A stretch of 64,000 nt of DNA from an uncultured Candidatus Altimarinota bacterium (GTDB lineage: Bacteria > Patescibacteriota > Gracilibacteria > BD1-5 > JAGOOR01). The notes beneath the pieces were generated by a model, which saw only the letters and a program-made list of their open reading frames with translations, did no database searches and was not told where the DNA came from. The DNA lies in NCBI GenBank assembly GCA_937924685.1, contig CALEVN010000026.1:20058-84057 (forward strand), read 5' to 3'. Positions 55,922 to 64,000 of this stretch are shown piece by piece. Every line of letters starts with the position of its first letter. Position 1 is the stretch's first letter. The position numbers were made by a program, and so were the translations under genes.

Positions 55922-56995
55922 ATGGATTCTTCCCTTTTCTTTGCTCTGCTGCATAGTATTGGACTCACACACAAGAAACTTCGACTGCTTCGACGAGAAA
56001 ATGTCCAATATTATTACGAAAATATATCTGTTTCTGACCTTATAGAAGCGGGTTATGGAGTAGACACAGCGAGTCGCATTATAGACAAAAAGACCGAGAA
56101 ACTTGTCGAAGATGTCTACAATGTAATCGTAAAAAATAATATCCGAGTCGTTCATAGGGATGATTCAGAGTATCCTTCACTCCTTGCAACCATACCAAAT
56201 GCGCCCACAATTCTCTATGTCCGATGACAATTGCCCCCAAATGATGCACTTATCTCTGTCGTTGGTTCTCGAAAACACTCTCAGTATAGTAGTGATTGCT
56301 TGGCAAAAATACTTCCAGAGCTTATCAAATCTGGTTATGGTATCGTGAGCGGAGGAGCCTACGGTATCGACAGTGTCGCTCATGAGATAACTCTCAAAAA
56401 TGGAGGGTATACCGCAGTAGTCTTTGGTTCTGGTGTCGATGTTGTCTATCCTCCTTCGAATCGTCGATTATTTGATGAAGTGGTCGTATCAGGAGGAGCA
56501 CTGATATCTCAATTTCCACTTGGCACACTCGCTGAGCCCTATAATTTTCCAATTCGAAATGAAGTGGTGGCGAGTATGAGCCGAGGGACTCTCATCGCTG
56601 AAGCGTGAGAAGACTCGGGCACTCTCATCACAGCCCGTCTCGCTCTTGAGGCAAATCGTGATGTATTTGTCATACCAGCTGATATGACTCGATCCTCTGC
56701 GCTCGGAAGCAATAGACTCATCCGTGATGGTCTCGGAAAGCTCATCACAGAAGCAAATGACATTCTCGGTGAATATCAGATTGTCGACAAGCAATTATCG
56801 CTCCTCGCTCAGGAGCCAGTATTTACCGATGCTCTCCAAGAGTCTCTCTATGAACTTTTATGTCTCGATGCACTTGGTATCGATATGATTTCTGAGAGAC
56901 TCCAAGTCGAACCAATGCTCGTCATCAATGCGCTTTCTCTCATGGAGATAGATGGTGTCGTGACCAGTCAGAGAGGTGTATATAGAGTTATTTAG
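55922..56995 (+). CDS. dprA: DNA processing protein DprA (Smf)
   Basis: ATG at 55922 (the track starts at an upstream TTG). Frame 2 joins track ORFs 55913..56227, 56231..56608 and 56684..56995. Motifs are VVGSRKHS.Y, GIVSGGAYGIDSVAH, YPPSNRRLF, FPLGT...PYNFPIRNEVVA and AEA-G-EDSGTLITA. Confidence 0.9.
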
Positions 56996-57533
56996 ACGCT
57001 TGTATTTGATGTTCACAGTTTTCAAAGATATCTAAATCGGTGATAAATGGATTTTTTATTATTGGAGTATTTTCGTGATTTGATCTGAGATTTTGTCTAT
57101 AATAAGTGAATTCTATGAGCCTATCTGAGAGACGGTCACAGGCTTTTATTTTTTGTGCTATAGGACTCACAAATATTCTCTTGTAATAGGCTATGAGACA
57201 TTCTTGACGAAACCAATCAAGAGTATTCATGTTCATAATGCTTGAACCATCGACGATGAGACGAGGAGCTACACAGTCACTACGAGACTCAATGTGCGTG
57301 TCCATATAAGCATAGAAACAATTTTCCCGCAGATAACCCGGCTTCCCCTGGTCTATATCATCACTGATTTTTGCGCACTGGCCTGGATCGTGCTTTCGCA
57401 TACTCTCAAATACATACCAATTGTATTCTATTTTTCTATACAACATTGCTGCTCCACCGCCCATCTCGAGCATCACATGAATCGTTACTCAAAAGAGGAC
57501 ACATCCTACGATGATGAGCAACAATTTTTTCAT
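56988..57533 (-). CDS. hypothetical secreted/lipoprotein-like Cys-containing protein (181 aa)
   Basis: ATG at 57531-57533 gives MKKLLLIIVGCVLF-G-VT. One TGA joins this to track ORF 56988..57476. I recognise no motif. Confidence 0.5.
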
Positions 57534-57535
57534 GT

Positions 57536-57934
57536 TTAGACGATAAAGGAGGTTATTTTTTTGGCGATCATCGACATATTTTCAGGATCTTCCGTGTGAG
57601 CGTTGGTATTATTTATCTGTCCACTTTGATGCAGCGGGATGAGATGGAGATGGGCATGATCAGTAATACCATATCCCTCTATCAGAAAACCTATACGTTC
57701 ACAATTTGTAGCTTTTTTTATGGCTGGCGCAATGATATTTTTTGAGACCTTCATGAGGTGCTCATAGAGTTCATCAGGGATATCGAGGATATCTCCTATT
57801 TCCATTTTTGGTATGACGAGGGTATGTCCGAGTGTATGAGGCTCGATGGTCAAAAAAGCATATATTTTCTCATCCTCGTATACTTTGTATGAGGGTATTT
57901 CTCAGGCTATGATTTTAGTAAAAATGGAAGTCAT
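57536..57934 (-). CDS. HIT-family (histidine triad) protein
   Basis: ATG at 57932-57934 gives [28 protein letters not shown], followed by the triad DHAHLHLIP. One TGA joins this to track ORF 57536..57853. Confidence 0.85.
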
Positions 57935-58178
57935 GAGAGAATTATAATGGTAACTCATCGAAATCAAACATCTGAAAATTAGTTTAGTACTAAAATATAT
58001 CTGATTCCTATTTTAAAAAGTTATTTCCTCTTTGTACTTTTGTTTCCAAAAGTACCAAAAGAATTTAGGGGCGAAAAACTCGGCCAGTTTTATCGTCTAT
58101 CAGTTCTGTATTCATCGACCTTAAACAGTTCCGCCCCTAAAAACCCATTTCTGTTTTTCATGTTTTTGTCATACTGCC

Positions 58179-61100
58179 TTATTTCATTTTTCCTTCTTTG
58201 ACGAAGAGCTTGTAGAGAACAGGAACGATAAAGAGTTTCAAAACACCAGACGTGGTCAAACCGGCGACGAGTGTGATGGCGAGAGATTGCCATGTCCCAG
58301 GAACGAGAGCAAGGGGGATATTTCCCATAATCGTCGTAAATGAGGTCAGAAATATTGGCTCAAAGCGTGCTCGGCCAGCATCGAGAATGGCGTCATCGAT
58401 AGAGAGCCCAGATTTTCGATTCAGATTGATTTTATCGATAAGAACGATGGAATTATTCACCACGATACCAAAAAGCGCAACGAGGCCTATCAGTGATGGA
58501 AATGAGAGGGTATTGTGAGTGAGTGTCAGACCAAAGAAAACGCCGATGAGAGAGAGGGGGATAGGAGCGAGGATGAGGACAGCTTGTTTATATGAATTGA
58601 ATTGCATGACAATTGTACCGACGATAAAGAGTAACCCAAAACACATAGCTACCAAGAGGGACTGTATTGATTTGGCGTTTTCATCGTTGACACCTCCGAT
58701 GACGAAATCGTATCCTTTGAGATTTTTTGCGACACTGGCTTGATAGTCTTTGCTGCGTGCGTTGAATTCTTTGAGAAGACCAGCAGCATTTGTCGTTGCA
58801 TCGGCTCAGACAGTAAGACTGACAGTTCGTTTTTGATCGATACGTGTAATAGAGCTGACAGATGATTCGAGGGAGTTTTTCATGAGATCCCCGAGAAACA
58901 CATACTGTCCTTTTTGATTTTTGATCTTGAGCCCTTTGATCTTCGACAGAGTGTCGACTGACTGTCTATCGTACCATGCACGGACGACTATTTCATCAGA
59001 TCCCTTGAAGACTTTTGTGACGTCGAGACCATCGACAGCCATCTTCAAAAAGAGTGCGACTTGCGATGCAGAGAGCCCATTTATCTGGAGTTTCTGAATA
59101 TCAAACTCAAAACTGAATTCGAGCGGTGTCGACTGAACAGATGTGGCGATATTCACGGCTCCAGGGATAGTTTCTGCGATAGCCTTTATATCCTTGAGGA
59201 TTTTATTCAATTTATGTGAATCATCACCCGTGACTCTGACCTCGAGATCTGCTCCAGCTGGAGGACCTCCCTTGAGCTCGACCACAGAGAGCTTCACTCC
59301 AGGAATCTCTATTTTCTTCAGAGATGTACGCAGACGATCAGCAAAATGAGAGGAGGTTTCAGTACGATTCTCATCTTTTTTCTTGAGATTGATAGTGATA
59401 TTCGCCAGATTCGTAGATGAACCTGAACCACCTGCTCGGATATTACCAGTCGCAGCCGCACTTCCCACAGTGGTGGTGAAACTTCGAACAATCTCCGGGT
59501 CTTCTTTTTGAAGAAGAGATTCTACTTTTGCTATCTGCGCATCGGTTACTTCGAGTCTCTGGCCTGGTTCTGCTTCGAGGTTTACAAAGACGATATCCTG
59601 ATTATCAGCTGGGAAGAATTCTGTCCTGAGAAGTCCTGTTATCGGGAATGACAAGGATATAAAAAACAGGCCGACAATAGCTCCGAGAAATCTCGACAAT
59701 CGACCACGAGAGGCGAGGAGGTAAGTGAGAAAATTTTCATATTTTACGATGAGAGGCTCAAACGAGACAAATCGTCGTGTCCAGAACGTTTCTTTTTCAT
59801 TTTTTCCATGCTTATGAGAATTATCGCCCTGGAAAAAGAGTGTCAGAGCTGGGACTATTGTCAGAGATAACACAAGCGACAAGAGTAGTGTCGTCATGAT
59901 GACAAATGGTATTGAGAAGATAAATTTCCCGATAATACCAGTCATAAAGAGCATCGCTGCAAATATCCAAACGGTGGTGAGAGTAGTAGCTATGTCTGGC
60001 CATTTCAAATCCCGAAGAGCAAGGAGCATCGCTTGTCTCGCAGTAAATTTGTTTGATTTATAGTATTGATCAAAACCAGTGACGATGAGAATGGCATCAT
60101 CCACGAGCAAACCAAGAGAGAGAACGAGTGAAAAGAGAGACAAAAAGTTCAATGTCTGTCCTGCAAGTTTCAGTACGACAAAAGTCAGCAAAAATACAAT
60201 CGGAATGGTGAGCGTTGGAACAAATGCCTCCTTGAGACCGATAAAGAGGAAAAGTGTTCCACAAACAAGGATGAGGGTAATAGCGAAATCACGAGTGAGT
60301 CCACTGAGATCGCTTCGTATTTGTTCTGAGAGGTCTGTTGTCGTGTTGACTTTGACATCATCAGGGATGACTTTGCTCGCTTGAAGTTCTTTGATTTTTG
60401 CCTGTCATTCGTCAACGAGGTCGATGATAGAACCTCCAGATTTTTTTATCACTGAAAGTGTGACTGCTGTGACAGGCTCACTTCCTCGAAGAGAGAGACG
60501 AGATCTCGTCTCCCGTTTTTTTGTTGCTTCTTGTACGTCAGCGACATCGCGGAGAAATATGACACCAGGATCGCCAATGTTCGCCACGGCTATATCCCGC
60601 AATTTCTGGACACTATAAAAACGATTGTCGACATTCATCGTATGTTTGTACTTGTCGACAACATAGTCTCCGATTGGCAGTGTCGTATTGGTGGCTTGAA
60701 GAGTTTGATTGATTTGTTCGGGTGTGAGTCCGTACATCTCGAGTTTTTTTGGGTCATAGGTTATGCTAAACTCTATCTCGTCACCACCAGTGATATTCAC
60801 ACTTGAGACATTTGGTATTTTTTCTATTTCATCTTTTATGTCTTTGGCTATCTCATTGAGTTCCAGAGGTGTCTTGTTTCAGGCAAGAGAAAAGACCCAG
60901 ATTGGCGTATCACGGAAGTTGAGTTCTTTTACTGTTGGTTCTTTAGCTGATTCAGGAAAGTCTTTTTTCGCCAAATCCACTTGTTCTTTGACATCTTGGA
61001 GTGCTTTTTTCATGTCGACACCAGTCTTGAATTGAAGCGTCACGCTGGCGAAACTATTCTGAGATGTCGATGTCATCTTGTCTATATCCTTTACTTTGCT

Positions 61101-61367
61101 GACGTTCTTTTCTATCTTTTTGACGACGAGATCTTCGACACTTTCTGGACTTGCTCCCGGAAGAGCGACATTGATGGATATGATCCCGAGATCAACCTCA
61201 GGCGTACTCTCGAGAGGGAGTGATTTGAGTGCTATGATACCGGCTATGATAAATACGATAATGAAGAGCAGTATGACTCTGAATTTATCAGTAAAAAAAG
61301 TGAACCAGGATTTCTCAAGTTCTGGATCGTAGACGAGTTTTGAGATGTATTTATTGTCAGAGGACAT
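58179..61367 (-). CDS. RND-family efflux transporter permease (AcrB-like, 1062 aa)
   Basis: Joins track ORFs 60879..61367, 60405..60800, 58806..60191 and 58179..58655 (all one frame, 1063 codons). It shows the typical RND N-terminus, two large extracytoplasmic domains and 12 TM segments (e.g. LSLVLSLGLLVDDAILIV). Confidence 0.9.
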
Positions 61368-61376
61368 AGTGAAATT

Positions 61377-63254
61377 TTAGAGAGACTTTTCTTCTTCTGG
61401 TACGATTTTTGGTTTTGTCTGAGTGGGGATTTTTATTGTTTCCTGTATTTCAGAAGGTTCCTCAGATGCTTCGTTTGCTTCTTTGACATAGTCGCCATCT
61501 TCGACATTGAGTGTTCCGAGAGTGACGATTATTTCACCCAGCTTGAGTCCATCGACGATGGTGACACTGGTCTCATTTGTGGCGCCTATTTTGACCTCAC
61601 GCTCATGGACGATACCAGCGTGTGGATTATTCTCATCCGGGGTCAAAACATAGACCGCATAGGTCTCTTGTCCGAGGTTTTTGAGTGCTGAAAATGGTAC
61701 GACGATATCTTTTTTTACTTCTTTTTGTGTTTTTGTGTCATTCTTTGTCACGATGACATCGACGATATCGCCGAGCGCTATATCTGGATGGACTTTTGGA
61801 AGAGTAATCTCAGCTTTGTAGAGGTGGCTGACAGGGTCTGGTCCTGCTGAGAGGCTCTTGAGTTTACCGGTGATGGTTTGTCCATGAATAATGAGTGGTA
61901 TATCTTGAGTCACGTGGAGATATTTTTGTTGTTCAGCCGTCATCTCAGTTTTGACTATCAGACTCGAAGTATCTCCGAGCGTAAAGAGTGACATGCCAGG
62001 CGTTACGAGTGATCACATCTCTGTATTTTTGGCGATGATAACACCAGAAAAAGGTGCTACGACCGAGAGACGTGCGATATTTCCCTCTGCGTTGTCGTAT
62101 TTTATGTTTGCTGAAGCGAGAGACTGATCTATCTGTAGGAGGCTAATATCACGAGTTTTGACAGCAGTATCATAGGCTTTTTTTGCGAGATCGAGAGTAG
62201 ACTTGGCATTGCTTTCTGTAGTAGCGGCAGCTTGTTCTTTTGCACTTCGTTCCTTTTCATACGTTGCGAGGAATGACTGCGCTGTATTTACAAAAGTGAC
62301 GAGCCCAGTAGAGATACTGTTATACTGTGTCTGGTATCCTGAGACGAGAGTTTTCTGTGCCGCCAGAGTGGTAGGAGTAAAGCTCGAAGCATCAGTCTGG
62401 CTATTATTGAGGACTACCTGCACATCACTTAAAACCTTTGCTGCGAGTGTATAGACTCTTTGTAATTCTGTCACACGATCGACAAGAGGAAGCTTTGTAT
62501 CAGGTTTCCAGTTCCGGTATTCGAGGAGACTCGAAATAGAGTTGACTGCATCATTTTTTTTCTGGGGATCTGTCACAGAGAGCAGGTATTCGTAGTTATC
62601 ATTGATTCATTTTTTTGCATCAGTCACGCCGATGATGGTATCTCCAGTGTCGAGAACATTAGCGAGGAATGATTGAAAAATTTGTAGCTGATTTGAGTAG
62701 CTCGTTTCATATCCCTGAAGTGTTTTTTCTTGCGATGTGATGTAGTTATCGAGATCGAGTTTTGCTTTTGAGATGGTTGTGCTATCTTTGGCAGGGGTAA
62801 GCACAGCGGCATCGTAATCCTTTTTTGCTTTTTCATAGGCGATGCGTGTACTCTCGACTGATTGATCGAGAGAGGCTATACTATTTTCTTGAGAGAGTTG
62901 AGCCGTCTTCACGCCAATCGATGCCTCCCGAACACCATTATTCGCTGTACCATACGTGTCCTGTATTCGAGCAATAGTTTCTCCCGCAAGCACCGAATCA
63001 CCACTATTCACGGAAATCATACCCATAAATCCTGTGGTTTGTGTGCTGAGAGAGACTTCTTTTTGTGCGGCTACTTTTCCTGTGATATGAATTTGTTCGG
63101 AGAAAAGACTCTCACCAACGACAGTTGTTTCGACGATTTTTCCCTCTTTTTCAGGAGTGGTAATGGGGTCGACCTTTGCGCTGGAGCTCATCATATTTTT
63201 TATGACGAGAAGGATGAAGACGAGAAATGCGGTAATGATGAGTTTCTTTTTCAT
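61377..63254 (-). CDS. efflux transporter periplasmic adaptor (MFP/HlyD-like) with an unusually long coiled-coil (625 aa)
   Basis: Joins track ORFs 62607..63254, 62013..62576 and 61377..61994 (one frame, two TGAs). It has an N-terminal TM helix, a lipoyl-like segment (GFMGMISVNSGDSVLAGETIARI and later PFSGVIIAKN), a long helical middle region and a beta-barrel C-terminus. Confidence 0.8.
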
Positions 63255-63258
63255 AGGA

Positions 63259-63729
63259 TTATTTTAAAGCATTGATATGTATATCTCGAATCATCTGAAG
63301 CGATGATGTGACACTTTCGAGAGGGATTTCGCTGATTTTTTTAGAAAATTCTGGTATATGTTTTCGCATCATAGCTTCTATTTCATCGTGTTTTTTTTGT
63401 CCTATTTTTGTGAGTGTGATCTGTTTTTTTCTTCGATCAGAGGGGTCTTCTCTGCGGGAGACATATCCTGATTCTATCATACGATCGATGACACCAGAGA
63501 GATTCCCCTTTGTCGTATGATGATCACACCAGAGGTCTGTCATGGTGTCGACTGTGCCACCCTTGGCTATGAGTTGTTTGATGATGCCAAATTGTATCAT
63601 GGTGATATCACTTTTGGCGAAGAAAACTTTCTCTACAAAGAGATGAACAGCATGGCTTGCCTCCATCAGAGATTTAAAAAAATCCATGACCTGATTTTCT
63701 GTTGGAGATGATTTTTTTGCAAAAAACAT
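63259..63729 (-). CDS. MarR-family transcriptional regulator
   Basis: Uninterrupted 156-aa ORF. FGIIKQLIAKGG...LSGVIDRMIESGYVSRREDPSDRRKKQITLTKIGQ matches the MarR winged-helix pattern (DxR wing). It is the first gene of the efflux operon. Confidence 0.85.
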   Translation of the reverse strand: MFFAKKSSPTENQVMDFFKSLMEASHAVHLFVEKVFFAKSDITMIQFGIIKQLIAKGGTVDTMTDLWCDHHTTKGNLSGVIDRMIESGYVSRREDPSDRRKKQITLTKIGQKKHDEIEAMMRKHIPEFSKKISEIPLESVTSSLQMIRDIHINALK

Positions 63730-63808
63730 ATTGGTTTAGTAGTGAATAGTTTACACATAAAACAATATTTGCAATATAAAAAGGAAAGAAATTACCCCAC
63801 TTTATACA

Positions 63809-64000
63809 TTATCTTGCCATTCTCTCTACCTTGTCGAGCATGTTCTGACATTCTTCGGGAGTTTTTTTTCTCATGCGTCCGAAGTTTGTATAGTTTTTGA
63901 GTTTTATACCACACCATCCGAGTACACCGAACTGGAGTATCATGCGGAGAGGATTTCCGATAAACCAATAGAGAAAAGCAAACGCATCACAGGTACAGAA
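63809..64000 (-). CDS. 3' end of a membrane-protein gene (continues past the right edge)
   Basis: The minus frame from the window edge reads FCTCDAFAFLYWFIGNPLRMILQFGVLGWCGIKLKNYTNFGRMRKKTPEECQNMLDKVERMAR and ends at TAA 63809-63811. Confidence 0.4.
   Translation of the reverse strand, partial: FCTCDAFAFLYWFIGNPLRMILQFGVLGWCGIKLKNYTNFGRMRKKTPEECQNMLDKVERMAR

Noticed and set aside
58067-58139. A 73-nt segment closed by a 7-bp stem (AGGGGCG/CGCCCCT) with a D-arm-like hairpin containing GG, which suggested a tRNA or tRNA-like gene.
   Set aside because: I could not form an anticodon arm or a T arm on either strand, and there is no T-loop consensus. I treat it as part of a terminator-like structure instead.
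1-64000. Alternative readings of in-frame TGA: tryptophan (code 4, mycoplasma-like), selenocysteine, or genuine stops marking widespread pseudogenes.
   Set aside because: The TGAs align to invariant Gly residues in P-loops, ABC signatures and poly-Gly runs, not to Trp positions. They are far too frequent, and lack any consistent downstream hairpin, for Sec. About 40 neighbouring housekeeping genes cannot all be pseudogenes while staying otherwise in frame.
1-64000. A search by eye for CRISPR arrays, rRNA genes, transposases or integrases, reverse transcriptase/DGR components and toxin-antitoxin pairs.
   Set aside because: I recognised none. The only mobile-element-like feature is the GIY-YIG/hairpin-repeat cassette reported above. 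Absence by eye is not proof, and an HMM scan of code-25 translations is needed.

Overview
I read this 64-kb window as a chromosomal segment of a low-GC Candidate Phyla Radiation bacterium that uses genetic code 25, where TGA encodes glycine (Gracilibacteria/Absconditabacteria type). The supplied standard-code ORF track therefore breaks most genes at in-frame TGA codons. I re-joined the fragments by manual translation, and every merged frame ends at TAA or TAG. This gives about 50 protein genes and one tRNA-Leu(GAG).

Housekeeping and repair genes:
- infB (5' part), rnc, nusB, rpsF-ssb-rpsR, hrcA and clpB.
- radA, uvrB, uvrA, murB and dprA.
- A ComF-like gene, an NrnA-like DHH phosphoesterase, an S41 peptidase and a HIT protein.
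- A marR-adaptor-RND efflux operon.

Cell-envelope genes make up an unusually large share of the window:
- Two type IV pilin-like genes.
- A tightly packed operon of SLH-like protein, LemA, TPM protein, a 1737-aa PKD giant, a 778-aa PKD membrane protein and a PrsW-type protease.
- A thrombospondin type-3 repeat protein and a DUF2339-like 1044-aa membrane protein.
- A 737-aa Ig-like/Thr-Gly-rich protein, a 1194-aa S-layer-like protein and a YVTN beta-propeller protein.

Most interesting observations:
- The recoding itself. One 328-codon gene (21110-22096) is completely invisible in the standard-code track.
- The palindromic octamer TGTCGACA is strongly over-represented, with at least 21 copies found by manual scan.
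- A divergent CIRCE-like operator overlaps the clpB promoter, and a short hrcA lies in the same window.
- One continuous frame fuses a pseudouridine synthase to a riboflavin kinase domain.
- A GIY-YIG gene is bracketed by direct copies of a GNRA-hairpin repeat.
- An A9 run breaks the frame of a surface-protein paralog.
- TGA-Gly is completely avoided in the putative S-layer gene and in the translation-related genes.

I saw no CRISPR array, rRNA, transposase, integrase or reverse transcriptase. All calls rest on motif recognition by eye; no database searches were run.
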